In this document: positions 9,111-22,822 of the stretch, piece after piece
Numbering within the stretch: the first letter of the stretch is position 1
Layout of the letters: the number at the start of each line of letters is the position of its first letter
Source of the DNA: Protoeuglena noctilucae
Taxonomy: Eukaryota
Assembly (NCBI GenBank): GCA_958009085.1
Contig: OY253674.1
Span: forward strand, 1-64,000
DNA: 64,000 nt
Direction of reading: 5' to 3'
Notes under the pieces: model-generated
Database searches by the model: none
What the model was told of the DNA's origin: nothing
What the model saw: the letters and a program-made list of their open reading frames with translations, nothing else
Translations under genes and position numbers: made by a program

Positions 9111-11642
9111 ATGCTGGCTGTCCGGGCGTCCTGCGCGCCGGCCCTCGGCTCGAACACGAAGGGGTCCCCGGTGGTCGCGCTGCCGATCGCATCAAGGACG
9201 TCGCGCGTCGGTGAGCCTCGGGAGGCGCCCTGGGCGGGTCCCGCGCCCGCATCGGGGAACGGATAGTCCCCGCTGCCAGCCTCCTCGTCGAGGGGTGCCT
9301 GGGCGATCCGACTAGACCAATAATTTTTTGGTGCGCGCTCACTGCCATCTCGCGCGCCGTGAGCCGCGGCCCCGGACCACGCGGGGCGAGGACGCTGGAA
9401 AACTAGCTGCTCGCGCTCCCACCGCAGCTGGAGCCGCTTTCCGAGGCGCCTCCGCGCTCGCACAGGCTAGAAATGCCGCTCCGAGGGCCTATATGAGGGA
9501 TCTGCGGGCCAGGGCCTCCAAGGTTGGGCGGGACAGGGACCGCTCTCGACGCGCGCGCCATCGCAGCGGCCAGCCGGCGTCCCGCGGCCGGCGCGGCCCC
9601 CTCATTGCCATGTACTTGAGCGGTGCGCTTGCGTGTCTCCCTGCAGAACGGCCAATACGACTACGACGTCCTGATCATCGGGTGCGGCGTGGGCGGTCAC
9701 GGAGCGGCCCTGCATGCCGTGGACTGCGGGCTCAAGGTGGCCATCTGCGAGGGCCACGACATCGGGGGCACGTGCGTGAACCGTGGGTGCGTCCCCTCCA
9801 AGGTGACGGCCACGCACAGGCTTGCGCGGGAGGAGGGTCTGCTCTCTCGGCCCCATCTCTCCCGCTTCCCAAGGCTCCACACCCATCGGTCGCGCACCCT
9901 CGCAGGCGCTCCTAGCGGCGTCCGGCAAGGTGCGGGAGTTCCGCGAGGAGCAGCACCTGAAGCAGCTCGGGATCCACCTCAACGGCGCCCGGGTCGACTA
10001 TGACCGGCAGACGATCGCCAACCACGCCAAGGTGGGGCCACGCCACCGCGCCGCCTGCAGCCTCCCGCTCTCCCAGACGCTTCTTCTGACGCCATTTGCT
10101 GCCTCCACCCGCAGAACCTGGCCAACACCATCCAGGGCAACCTGCAGCGGTCGCTGGAGGCGCTGGGGGTGGAGATCCTGCGGGGCAACGCCAAGCTCGT
10201 GGGGCCCAACACGGTGTCGTACGGTCTGCCCGGCCGCGTGGACGTGGGTGGCACCGTCACGGCCAAGGACATCATCATTGCCACGGGGTCCGTGCCCTTC
10301 GTGCCGCCCGGCATCCCCATTGACGGCAAGACGGTCTTCACCAGCGACCACGCCCTGAAGCTGGAGTGGGTCCCCGACTGGTGCGTGGCGTGGGTGTGCC
10401 CGGCTGCTGCCGCTCCGCCTGCCCCCGCACGCAGCGACCTGAGCCACGCATCACCGGCCCCACCCCTCCCCCGTCCCCAGGGTGGCCATCATCGGCTCCG
10501 GGTACATCGGCCTCGAGTTCGCGGACGTCTACACGGCGCTGGGGTCCGAGGTGACCTTCATCGAGGCCATGGACCGCATCATGCCCGGGTTCGACCGGGA
10601 GGTGGCGAGGCTGGCCGAGCGCGTGCTCATCACGCCCCGCAAGATCGACTACCGCACGGGCGTGCTGGCCACCAAGGTCGTGCCGGGCGTCCCCGGGGTT
10701 AAGCCCGTCGAGGTTCACCTCACGGACTTTAAGACCAAGGTGAGGGACCGCGATGGGGCGGGCGGGAAGCAGAGTGACCAGCAACCAGCCGAGGGCGGGG
10801 TTCGGGGCGCGCCGCGCTCAAGTGCCTCGCGCGCTTGCCTCGCCGCAGGAGGTGGTGGACGTGATGGAGGTGGACGCGGTGATGGTGGCCACGGGGCGCG
10901 CCCCGTACACCCAGGGTCTGAACCTCAAGGCGGTGAACGCAGAGACGGACAGGCGCGGGTTCGTGCCCGTGAACGACCTCATGCAGGTGACGCTGTGGCT
11001 GGGGGCGGTGGGGGAGGGAGACCACGGCTGCTGGGGTGCACGGCTGTGTAACGCACGGCCCCATTCGTGTGACGTCCCCAGGTGCTGGACAAGAGCGGGA
11101 ACCCCGTGGAGGGTCTCTGGTGCATCGGCGACGCGAACGGGAAGCTGATGCTCGCGCACGCGGCGTCCGCCCAGGGCATCGCGGTGGTGGAGTGCCTGTC
11201 GGGCCGCCAGCGCAAGGTGAACCACAACGCGATCCCCGCGGCGTGCTTCACGCACCCGGAGGTGAGCTTCGTGGGCCTGACGGAGGAGCAGGCGACGGAG
11301 CGCGCCAAGGCGGAGGGCTTCGAGGTGGGGGTGTCCAAGACGTCGTACAAGGCCAACTCCAAGGCGCTGGCGGAGCTGGAGCCGGACGGCATGGCCAAGC
11401 TCATCTACCGCAAGGACACGGGGGAGATCCTGGGGTGCTGGATCTTCGGCATCCACTCCTCGGACATGGTGCACGAGATCAGCGCGGCCATCAACATGGG
11501 CCAGACGGTCGAGGACATCAAGTTCAACGTCCACGCGCACCCGACGCTGGCCGAGGTGCTGGAGGAGATCATCCGGCACGCCAAGGTCGAGAGGAAGGGG
11601 GGGGCGCGCGCGCAGGCCAAGGAGGTGGCCGCCGCCAAGTGA
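9111..11642 (+). CDS. LPD: Plastid dihydrolipoamide dehydrogenase (E3), spliced
   Basis: Transit-peptide-like exon 1 ([12 protein letters not shown]..., 9111-9210); [15 protein letters not shown] motif; redox [24 protein letters not shown] motif; C-terminal [12 protein letters not shown] introns. Confidence 0.93.
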
Positions 11643-12324
11643 GACGGGAAGCAGGGGCGGGGAGGGGGCTGGGGATGGAGGTGGTTGCTGCCACGAGTGA
11701 CGGGGCAGGGGCAGGGGGGTTTGCCCCAGGCGCAGCTGCGGCGACAAGCTCGCGGTAGGCCAGCAGCGCAGACGTTGTGTGTGAAAGCAGACCTGACGGT
11801 GCGCATGGTGCGTGCAGTTGGACCCGCTCCGTTTCATGCCGCACGCGGCATGCGACAACGCCCAGGGCGTCTATCTTGCACAAACGCCTAGGCCATCCAT
11901 CTCACACACACGAAACCGTAATCCGCCTAACCCGCTGCGGCCAGCACCGTCAGCGGCACTGGCAGGAGCGCCCCTGAGGAGCGCCGCTGGGGCAGGTGCC
12001 TGGGGGACTCCCGAGGCAAGAGCCCAGCAGCCAGGGCACGCGACTAACGGGACCAAGAGCACGATACGCGACCGGGGCCCTTGCTGGGCCCTGGCCAGCC
12101 CCCCGCCGATCGGGGCCATCAGGCGAGGGGGCACGCACGTGAGGGGCCGCGACCGGCGCAGGCGGGGCAGGGGCGGCACCCGGAGACAGGGGACGCGCCA
12201 AGGGAGCGGGGGGACGGGCGGGGGTAGGCACAGAGGGCGGGGCAGGGGCAGGAGTGCCGGCGAGGGGCGGGGCAGTGCGCGGCTGGCACACCCGCTCGAC
12301 CGGCACGTGCGTGTCCCTTGCGCT

Positions 12325-14567
12325 TCACATGAAGTCGTCGTCCGTGTCCCAGGCGACGTCCTCCTTCTCCTCGTCTTCCTGGAAATCGTCGAAGTCGTCC
12401 GCGTGGTCCGCCTCCAGCTGCGCCATGTCCACGGGGTAGCGCAGGATGCCCCCGATGCCGCCAAAGCCGCGGCAGAACTGGGAGCCGTTCTCGGACTTGT
12501 TGGTGACGAACTCGAGGGCGCAACCGAACTTTTTGTAGTCGTTCGCCAGCCACTCGATCAAAGGGACCTGGTCCTGCGGGGCACAGGGAGCGTATGGGGG
12601 CGGTGGGGCGGTGGAGGCGGGCAACACAGCAGTGGGGCAGTGGAGTGGGTCAACGCAGCAGTGAGGCAGTGGGATTGTGGAACGAGGCAGCGGGGAACGC
12701 AGCAGCGGGGCAGCGGTGCGATGGAAGTGACCGCGTCGCCCCATGCCACTCACGATGACCTCCAACTCGGTGTTGTCTGCTTTGTTGACGAAGTGGCTCG
12801 AGTCCTTGGCCTGCTCCTCCGTCAAGTGCTTGACGTGCACCTCCCCCTGGGCAGCAACAGGAGAGGGACTGGGTCAGAGCAAGCAATACATGCTCCCATT
12901 ATCCCACACGCCCCCCGCTCCTCGCCTGCGCGTCCCGCAGCGTGAACCTGACGACGGGCAGCTCCTCCCACACGATGAGCGTCTCCACGGCGCCCATCTC
13001 CAGCACGCTGAGCGTGTCCTTGACCCCGAACACGAACTTGCCGTTGTCGACGGAGATCTGCTCGAAGAAGGCGTTGATGAGCTTGCGCTCCTGCACGAAC
13101 TTGACGTTCGCCAGCGTCTCCGAGGCCAGCTCCACTGCCTGGTTGAAACCGTTGTCGCCCCCATAGCTGACGTCCACGATGGCCACCACCGCGTCCTTCA
13201 GCCGCTGGTCGAACATGTCCGACTGCGCCAGGTCGTTCTTGAACTCGGCCGACCCCGCCAGCACCAGGCCCGCCACGTTGGGGCGGTCGTTGGTGATGAA
13301 GTTCTGCACCGCCAGCTCCGCCACCTTGCGGACGTAGTTGTGGCGCTTCTCAAGACGCATGCGCGCGAAACGCAGCGCCGACTGCCCGCCGCGCCCGTGC
13401 TTCTTGGGAAGGTCCACCGTGATGCGCTGCAGCACCTCCTTCGTGTTCCCCTGCACCACCCCGAACAGCGACCCCATGCCGTCCATCACCACGAACCCGT
13501 ACCGCTGGTCGCTCTGCAGCAGCCCCTGCAGCGCCTCCGTGTGGAACTTGTTGTCGCACAGGTACAGCGACGTGTTGATGGGCTTGAAGGGCTCGAAGTC
13601 CACGTTCAGCCGCTTCTCCTTCCCGTCCTCCGTCACCACCGTGCCCGTGTACACCACCAGGCCATTGTCCGGACAACGCGTGTACAGCTTCAGACGCTGG
13701 GGACGAGGAAAGGGAGGGGGACGGCGTCGCCGGAGCCCCGGGCTCTCCACAGCGCACAGGGGAGGGAAGCGCCAGTGCTCCAAACATCGCCCCCTGCTCT
13801 GCCGCGCCTCACCTGTTGTGCGCTGGTGATGGCCGCCAGCACCGACTGCCGATTCACGCGCGACTTGATGTTCGACGCCGTCCCGTACTCGAGCTGGAGC
13901 ATCTGGTTGGTCTTGGCAATGTCCGACTTTGGTGGAAGGATGAGGCTGATCATGGAGGTCCCGTTGCCGCGGGCGTTCTCCAGCGACTTAATCAGCTGCG
14001 GACGCGTGACAGGGCGAGGGAGGCATGTCAGCGGCGGTGCGGGGTGCGGCCCACGCGTGCCCCACGCGGCAGCCGCCCCGCCTCGCGCGCGCTGCCGCCG
14101 GCCATCGCTGACACCGGTCAACCAGGGAGCACGACGAGGGAAGGAAGGGCACGCCCATGCCCATGGGCGGCCGAAAACGGCGAGCCCGGGAATCCCCGTC
14201 ACGGCGCCCGCTGCATCGTGCCCCAGTCTCGCCCGGGTAGCGGACCCGAGGAAACGCGCCACAGGCCAGACCAGCGCCCGACTAGACGCTGGTAAACGAT
14301 CATGGTGTGGCTGTTCTCCCCTGAAACGCCCAGTACTCGGACGGGGCGCAGTGGCTGGCGAAAAGCGAGCGCCGCGTCCCGGCGCAGGGGCGCACGGTAG
14401 CTGATATTTGCATTTTGTGCTCTGAGCTGCGTTGAAACGTCGCTGGGGACGCGTCCACGATCCGCACCGAAACCGTTTGGGCTCCGGGCCGCCTGGCAAG
14501 CGCCACCGCCAATGCTCACCCGCTTGATCTTGAAGATTTCGACCTGCTGGTCGCCCTCCTCTCCCAT
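12325..14567 (-). CDS. ERF1: Eukaryotic peptide chain release factor subunit 1, spliced
   Basis: [40 protein letters not shown] (GGQ), [11 protein letters not shown]. Confidence 0.97.
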
Positions 14568-15151
14568 AGCGGTGAGGGCCGGGGAGGCGGGCCCGACAGG
14601 GCAGAGACTGCGCGGCTCGCTGCGTATGCGAACTGTGCGTGAGGGAAAAGGCTGCTCAATGTGTGTGCGAGGTGTCCAGACCTGCGCCTGAGAGAGGCTT
14701 TTCAGTGCAGCCGGGCCGGGTTTTGCCCCCTTCAGGTTCCCGCGTCAGCGATTCGGCGGGACGTTGCGGCCGCGGCCCGAGCCATCCGTGCCATGCTGTG
14801 GTCGTCCCCTTGTCTACTTCCATGGCTTTCGGGGAGCCCGCATACGCACAGGGGCACGGACACAGGATGCGAGACATGCGTGAGGTGGGTCTAATGCACC
14901 CCGAGGCCCGCTTCTGCCGGACGCCTCGCGGCCTCCTCGGGCTTCGTTGCCGAAATACTAGCGCGCAGGGTCCGCGCAGGGCCATGCTTGCGATCCGCGC
15001 GGGCGTGACATTTTTTGAAGCGGGGCGCTGTCCGGCTCCCACTCGACCTCCCGCCTCTGTTGCGGTCGCAGCATCGTCCGCAACGAGCTTGAGTGTCTGA
15101 CGGCTTCCTCTGCATCCCTCGCCGAGGCTGGCCGGCGGTTGGCGAGGGGCG

Positions 15152-18100
15152 ATGGTGGGCGCGGCGCCCACGGTGGTGGCCGTCCGAAGCGCGGAGGACT
15201 TCCAGGCGCTGAAGGAATGCCAGGACGCGTCGATCGATTTGCGGCTGTCGGACTATGCCGGGGACGGGGATGAGCTGGCCGCGCAGGCGAGGCATCGCGA
15301 CGCCGTGGCATGCGGGCCCTCCTCCCGCCCGCGACGTGGCACGTTCGGCGTTCCCGGCGTCTCCTCGGGCCCCATAAATTTAGGCATTTGCGACGGAGGT
15401 TTTCTGCTGCCCCCGCAGGTGCGCGAGGGGCTCTCGGGCAAGGCCGGGCTGCGGGCGCTGGTGGTGCGGCCCCCCGCGGACCTCTGGCCCGCGCTGGAGC
15501 CTGTGCTGGCCGAGGCTCTCGTTTCTCTGCAGCTCACGCGATTCGCGCTGCTGCCGGAGCGCGCCGTCCGCGTCCCGGACGCCTCGGGGGAGCTGTTTGC
15601 ATGCCTGCCGCGGCTGGCGGGGTCCCTTGCAGACCTGGAGCTGCACCTGCGCCCGGCGGAGGGGTCCGACCACGACTACGCGTGGTTGGCGTCGCTGACG
15701 CAGCTGGAGCGCCTGGTCCTGGCGCCGGGGCAGCGGGGGCAGTGGGACTACCCGGAGCTGGCGACCCCAGGGCTGGCGGCGGCGCTGGGGGCCCTGCCGC
15801 GGCTGCAGCGAGTGACGCTGTCGTGCTTCTGCCTGCCCGAGGGGTCAGGGGTCGAGGCGGGCGGGGACGCCCCGGACCCAGCGGCGGCGCTGCGGTCGCT
15901 GGCGGGGCTGCCGTCGCTGCGTCGCGTGGAGCTGCGCCTGGGGGTGCTGCGGGGCCAGGTGGACGCGCTCGCGAATCCCGGGGAGCAGGAGGCCGCGGGG
16001 GACGCGGGGGGCCCCCTGGGGGTGCGTCTGCGGGGCGTGGCGGAGGCCGTGGCGGGTGCGGGGCTGGAGGACCTCCGGGTGACGGTGGAGCTGCCATCCA
16101 CGACGCCCTGGGTGGGTGAGGAGGAGGGGGAGGGGGGGGAGGGGAAGGGGGTGGCAGCGGAGGAGGAGGACGGGGGAGCGGGGTGGGGCGAGGGGGAGGG
16201 GGGAGGGGAAGGGGAGGGGGCGGAGGAGGGGTGGGGCGAGGGGGCAGAGGGGGACGGTGAGGGAGAGGGGGAAGAGGGGGAGGGCCAAGAAGGAGAGGAG
16301 GGGGACGGAATGGAAGCGGAAGGAGAGGGAGAGGGGGAAGGGGAGGGTGAGGGGGAGGAGGAGGGCATGGAGATGGGCGCAGAGGAGGGCGAGGGTGCGG
16401 GTGAGGGCGACGTCGAGGAGGCGGTTGCGGGAGAGGAGGGCGAGCAGGTGGAGGGGGTGGCTGCCAATGGCCGCGTGGACCAGCGGCTGGTGCTGACGCT
16501 GGCCGACCAGGGCCTGGCCGAGGCGGGGGTGGCGGAGCTGCGGGAGGAGGGGGCGGTGGCGGCGGTGGACGCAGCCGGCCCCGGGTCCCTGCGGGAGTTC
16601 CTGGACTCGCTGCCGGGCCTGCGCGACTGGCGCGTGTCGGTGGTGGACTGGGGCCGGCGGCAGGCGCTGGTGCGCGCGCGCCGCGGTCGTGAGACGGAGG
16701 CGTACGACGAGGCCGAGGCGTCGGGGCTCGAGGACTGGGACGAGGACTTGATGGAGGAGGACGCGGACGTGGGGATGCCATACGCCGTCACGGAAGAGGG
16801 CGAGGTGGGAGAGCGCAAGAGACACGCACTCGCATTCGCAGGGTCACGCCCTGCCACACCCTCTTGTCACGCTGGGCTCTACTGCCACACCTGCCCCACT
16901 CCCCGCTCTCCCGCAGAAGCGCCCCCTGTCCGGCGCCGTGGCGCTGCTCTCCACCCCGACCGGCTTTGAGCGCCTGGGCGTGGCGGTGCTCTACCAGCGC
17001 GTGCAGGCGGCCTTCCAGGACCAGGACGTCTCCGCGTTCCCCAAGATGGCGTGGGTGGCGCGGTCGCTGCTCCTGGAGGACATCCGGTTCCGCGGGGCCA
17101 CGGGGGACTTTGCGGGGATCAAAGCCGAGGTGGAGGCGTGCCCCATGGAGCGGGTGCTGGTGCGCGCGATCGACGACGACGTCTACGGGGACGCGTCCAA
17201 CGTGGAGATCGCCCTCAGCGAGGAGGTGGCGGCCGCGTGGGAGGCGGTCGAGGCCGAGCGCGACCGGCGCAGGCGCAGGGACGCCCTGCTGGCCACGCTG
17301 CCGGCGAGGGGGGCGCGGGGGCCGTCGCAGAAGCGGAAGCGGAGGAAGCGGAAGAACCGGGCAGACTGGTGAGAGACGGGGATGGGGGGATGGGAGGGGC
17401 GATGAGGATGGGTATCGGTTCAACTGTCGAAGATCCCTGCTGACTCGGGATGGGAGCAGGGGTGTGTGTCGGTTCGACTGTCGTAGATCCCTGCTGACTC
17501 GGGATGGGAGCAGGGGTGTGTGTCGGTTCGACTGTCGGAGATCCCTGCTGACTCGGGACGGGGCGAGGGTGGATGGCCGTGCGACGACCACAGATCCCTG
17601 CCGTGACCGCTGCCCGTGGTGGTGTGACTGCAGGCTCAAGGAGCGGACGGGTCCGTACGAGCCGCGGCCGTGGGAGAGCGCGGGGTCGGAGGCGGCGCTG
17701 GCTGCCATGGCGGTGGTGGAGACGCGGGAGCGACTGTCGCTGCGGGCGGAGAAGCCGCGGAGGCTCTTCGGGAGGCCGCTGGAGCTGGGGTGAGTGAGAG
17801 TCATGCGAGATGCGGTGCAGGGTCAGTCGGCTGGCTGGAGCTGGGTGGGTGTGATTTTCTGCGAGGTGGTGTTTCTGCGTCAGTCGGGCCACACGCGTGA
17901 CTGCCTGGTCTCGCTTGGGCAGGCTGACCGATCGCGACCCATCATGCCCCATCGTGACCCATCGCGTGTGTCCCTCTGCCCCCCAGGTCCAAGGACGCCC
18001 AGGAGCTGTGGAACTCGTCCCACATGGGCATCCCCCACTTCCGCGACGACAACTACAGCCTCGTCAGGCGCGAGATGGACGTGGGCGTTCAGGCGGTGCC

Positions 18101-20750
18101 CACCACCGCCACGGCCGCCACCCAGGCGACGGGTGCGTGGGCGTCACGAAGGGGTTGTAAAAGAAAGGGACGCTGTATTGGGGCACTCTTACTCTGAGTT
18201 AACTGCAACCCTGTCATCTCCCCTGTGTTGTCGTTTGCAGGTGCCCGCCAGCGCCCCGCGGCCGTGCAGTACGCCCCCCTTTCCATGGAGGCGGGCACGC
18301 AGGCGGAGGTGATGGCGTCAGAAGAGCTGGCGGACTTCCTTGGGCGGGCGGGGCCACTGGCGGAGGAGGTGCTGCAGATGAACGAGGCGAGGGGCGGGGG
18401 GGAAGGGGGGCTGATGCGCGCGATGTTGCATGGGTGCGGTGGGCGCATGGCTGACCCGTCTCTCCCACTGCTCTGCGTCTTCCAGGTCTTGGACATTTTC
18501 GAGGACGAGCTGGCGTCTCTCGCCAACGACGCCGTGGTGGGCAGCAAGGCCCTGGGCAAGGCGTCCGGTTCGCAGCAGAGCCACGAGGACCGCACCTTCA
18601 ACGCCAACCGGTACACGTCCGGCAAGGTCATCTCGTGCCTGCAGTGGCACCCGGTCAAGAAGGGCATCGTGGCCGTGGCGTGCGTCAGGCCAGACGCATT
18701 CGAGCAGAGAGTGCAGGTGAGGGGTCGCATGGACACGCCTGGTCGGGGGTTGGCGTGGCACTCGCGTGTCGCCACCCCGTGTCACCTCGCCACACCCGCT
18801 GTCACCCCGCCCTTGCCACCCCACGTCGTCACCCCTCTTCGCCACCACTCTTCTTCACACCGTCACCCCACATGCTCCCCCTCCCCACAGACGGCCGGCA
18901 CCCCCGACACGCACCACGTGCTGCTGTGGTCCCTGCGCGACACCATGGGCAACCCGGAGCTGGTGCTGGAGGCCCCCTCCGAGATCGTGTCCTTCGCCTT
19001 CAACCCCGCCAACCCCGATTTGGTGGCCGGCGGGTGCTACAACGGGCAGGTGGTGCTGTGGGACATCTCAGCCCACAGCGCGGCGCTGGACGGGCGGCGG
19101 CGGGCGCAGGGGCCGGGGGAGGCTCGTGAGGAGACGCCACACGTGCCGCACGTGCTGATATCGGAGGTGGAGGCGTCGCACTCCAAGTGCGTGACGGACG
19201 TGCAGTGGCTGCCGGGCGTGGAGGTGGCGCGGAGGGGCGAGGTGGCGGGGCTGGGGGAGGGGGGGGCGCCGGGGCGCGACTGCTTCGTGCTGGCGTCCAC
19301 GGCGCTCGACGGGAACATCGTGTTCTGGGACACGAGGCCGGAGAAGTACCAGGCGAGGCGATGGATAGGAGGGGGGGTGTGTGGGGGGTGCACATGCAAT
19401 GACTGTGCATGTGGGGAGAGGACCCGGAGAGGGCCAACGCCGACGTCTTTTGCACAAAGCCACTTGCATCGCACCCCATCGCATTCCATCATGACATGAC
19501 CCCCCAACACCCCCCCCTCTCCCCAGGCGCGCATCCGCCCCGGCCGCGAGAAGGAGGTGATCGACCCCCGCATGTCGTGGCTGCCGATGCACTCGGTGAA
19601 GCTGATGAACGAGACGGGCGGCGACGTGGGGTGCACCGTGCTGTGCTTCAAGCCCCACCAGGTCACCTCGGACTTCTTCGCCGGCTCCCTCTCCGGCCTC
19701 CTGCTGCACGCCTCCTTCACGGTCCCCCCCGACTCGGGGCTCAACCCGGAGCTGGTCAAGGCGTACATCCAGGCGCACTGCGCGGCCGTGACCACCGTGC
19801 AGCAGTCGCCCTTCTTCCCCGACCTGCGCCTGTCGGTCGGGGACTGGTCGTTCGCGGTGTGGAAGGAGGGGGTGGCGGAGCCCATCTTCCAGAGCCCCAT
19901 GAAGGGCGCGCGGCTGAGCACGGGGAAGCAGGAGGACATGGTGCGGCTGGTCTGCGGGTGCTGGTCCCCCACGCGCCCCGCCGTCATCTTCATCGGCCGC
20001 GAGGACGGCCACTTGGACGTGTGGGACCTGCTGGACCGGTCCCACGAACCCAGCGAGACGAGGGAGATCATCGTGCCGCGCTCCCTCACATGCCTGGGAT
20101 TCCACCCCAGCATCACCTCCGCCCGGTCGGGGGGGGCGCTGGCCACGCTGCTGGCGATCGGCGACTCGGAGGGCACGCTGCACCTCCACAACCTCCGGCC
20201 CAACCTCGTGCGGTGGGGGAACCAGGCGAGTGGTGGTTAGTTAGTTTGGGGTAGCTGATAGGAACCGGCAATGTCCAGGAGGAGTGTTGATACGGATCCC
20301 AGCCAGCAGTGGCTAGATGGGGTGGGGGCGGCAGTGCGTTGCACTATAGTATGACGTCCACCCGTGCGCCGGCATCAGCTGTGGTGCAAGCAAGTGCCTG
20401 ACTTGCTTGTGTTCTCATCGTCTCCGCAGAAGGAGGGCAAGGAGAAGGAGGCGATGGAGGCCTTCTGGGGCCGCGAGGAGGCGCGCATTGCGTACGTGCA
20501 GCGGCACCGCGCGGCCGCCAAGGGTGTGGCCGAGGGGCGTGGCGGGGAGGGGGACGAGGGCGACGGGGATGCCGACGCGGAGGGGGCGCGGGAGGAGCGG
20601 GAGCGCGAGAGGGCGGGCCGCCACGGGGGCGCTGTGGATGAGACCGTGGGCGCGGATCTCTACGACGACAAGGCGCAGCACCGGTACGCGGAGCTGGTGG
20701 AGCGGTACATGGGGCTGTGCGGGCTCAAGCCCAAGGGGGCCGACGACTGA
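15152..20750 (+). CDS. Inner-arm dynein I1 intermediate chain IC140/WDR63 (DNAI3)-like, with long LRR-like and acidic N-terminal extension
   Basis: WDR63-like segments ([43 protein letters not shown]) and WD40 repeats ([63 protein letters not shown]). Exons join in frame. Attachment of the 15152-16805 part is less certain. Confidence 0.82.
17415..17561. repeat. Intronic 54-bp tandem repeat, ~2.7 copies
   Basis: Unit TCGGTTCGACTGTCGTAGATCCCTGCTGACTCGGGATGGGAGCAGGGGTGTGTG, with internal inverted repeat CCCTGCT/AGCAGGG. Confidence 0.9.
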
Positions 20751-20965
20751 CGAGAGGGCTAAGGCTAGGGTCACTGGCGCACTGCCGCAGGCAGCTGCTT
20801 TGCAAGTTGCTGGGATTGAACCGACGCATCGCGCGGCAGAGCACCTATATCTGTGGCAAAGTCACTGGATGGTCCGGGCAGAGAGAAAGACTGAAACTGA
20901 AACTAGAGTATCTACCGATCCATGATCGAGGGTGCGAGTTGGGCCAGGGTCGCACTGAGTGTGGG

Positions 20966-22822
20966 TCAGCGCCCGCGCCCCTGCCGCCGCCCGGATGGGA
21001 CCGACTCCACGCGCGAGCTGACGGGGAGGGCGTGGCTCTGGGAGGGGCCCTTGGCCGGCCGCGCGGGGCCCTCGGAGCGAGCCGCGCCGCTTGGGCGCCT
21101 GCGACGGGGGGTGACGGGGCCGGGAGAAGGCGCCCCCTGCGACTGGGATGCGCCGCTCCTGCCCCGGCTGCGGCCCCCACGCGCATCCTCCTCCTCATCT
21201 TCATCGTCACCGTCCTGCTCCTCGGCCCTGGGAAGCGTTGAAGCAAGAGGAGGTTCGCAGCTGAGTGCAGGTGTCGGCAACATGACACATGCCGCATCCC
21301 CACTGCCTCACCGCAGCCACGAGTACAAATGGAGGGTGAGCTCGTCGACGGTGATGACCCCGGTGCGTCGGTCGTCCAGTTCTTTGAATCGTGTCTCGAA
21401 GACCTTCACCAGGGGCGTGCGCCTCACGCCTGCACTTGACCGTGCTGCCTTGCTCGACGCCCACGCGCCCTGCTTGGCCAGGCCATCGGGGCTCAGGCCG
21501 TGCGCTGAACGCTCACTCTGCAAGCGAGACCAGCCGGCGTGGTCATGTGCATCCTGGGCCATAGGCATGGGGGCGTCACGCAGGCAGGCACCACTTGCGT
21601 CCCGGCTCCACCCCTCACCGTGCTGGGCAGGGACAGGTGTGGCATGCGGAAGCTGCCAGACAGGGATTCGCGGCCGGTGCCCCCCAGTCCCCCTCCCCCC
21701 GAGGCACTCGTGCGCCTGGCGTCAGTCCCCCCCGCCAGTGACACGGTGCTGGCGCGTGCCTCTCTGTCCAGCGCATGCTCCATGGAGCCGCGGCGGGGGG
21801 GGGCGCGCGAGGGCACCTCCCGCAGCGCATGGAAGAGCTCCTTCTGCGATGGGGGAGTCAGAGAGCACACGACAGGGACGTGGTTGACAACACCATTTCC
21901 TCAGCACCAAGACATAGGGACCGCGCGGGGTGACACCGCGGCACCACCAGGTGACCCATACGCCCCATATGTCAGTGACAACACTTCGCTGCCCTCTCTC
22001 TCTGTTCTCTCGCCTTGGTGATGTAACCCCTTGCGAAGAAGTCGAAGAAGTGGAACGCCTCGACCGCAAAGGCCAGCGCCGTGTGCAGGCGTGGGCCGGG
22101 GATGCAGGCCGAGGGGGGGCCCACGTCGCGGGGGCTGCCACCCCCCGCCGCCCTGTCCGCCTCCTCTTCCAAATACATCTCCACGCACAGCAGCACCAGC
22201 GTCGCCAGGTCCACCTGCGAGTCCCCCGCCAGCCCCGCCGCATCGCACGCCCCAACCATGGCGTCATTGCGTGCGCCCCACTCGATCAGGTCGCTGTAGA
22301 CCAGCGCCTGCGGGCAGAGAGGGACTCGGAATGCGACACGCGCTCATCGCTCGCGGGGCGATGGTTGTGGCCGGCTGCAGTGCTGCGCGCCGCACCGAGA
22401 GGGTCGCCGTGCCGGACGGCCCCTTGGCCGAGTCGAACAGCGCCTCCAGGTCCTGGATGCCCTGCACCAGTCGCTTGTGGCCCCGTAGCAGGATTTGGTT
22501 GAGGGACTTGAGGGAGAGGTCGCGGCGCGCGTTGCGGGCCTGCGTGCCCAGGGGAGGGGATGCCGGTGGCGGAGGGACGCGCCCGTCTGGCGAGTCCTCG
22601 CCCTACGTTATCCTTTCGCGCGGCCTGCGGTGCTCGCTGCCCGCAGGCCCGCGCTGGAGAGCGGTACAACCAACTCGACGCGACGCATGGGGGGATGCAA
22701 GGGCGGCTTCACACGCACACGTGCGGCGTGGCATCCTTCCTTGCCTTCAGCAGCTCAATCACACGGGCATGAATCGGCGAACGCAGCCGTTCGTCGACGG
22801 TCCTGCTGCAGCAGCCGCCCAT
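20966..22822 (-). CDS. N-acylated EF-hand protein, plant CML21/22-like
   Basis: Starts MGGCCS (myristoylation/palmitoylation-like); degenerate EF-hands (AFHFFDFFARGYITK, RFKELDDRRTGVITVDEL..HLYSWL); acidic tail. Confidence 0.65.

Noticed and set aside
9328..9522. Non-AUG start for plastid LPD
   Set aside because: An upstream exon from ATG 9111 to the donor at 9211 splices in phase to 9428 and supplies a normal transit peptide.
12325..14567. Stop-codon reassignment signalled by eRF1
   Set aside because: GTS, TASNIKS and YxCxxxF motifs are canonical; genes end in TGA and TAG and conserved exons show no in-frame stops.
17415..17561. CRISPR array
   Set aside because: Contiguous tandem units without unique spacers, inside a eukaryotic intron, no cas genes.
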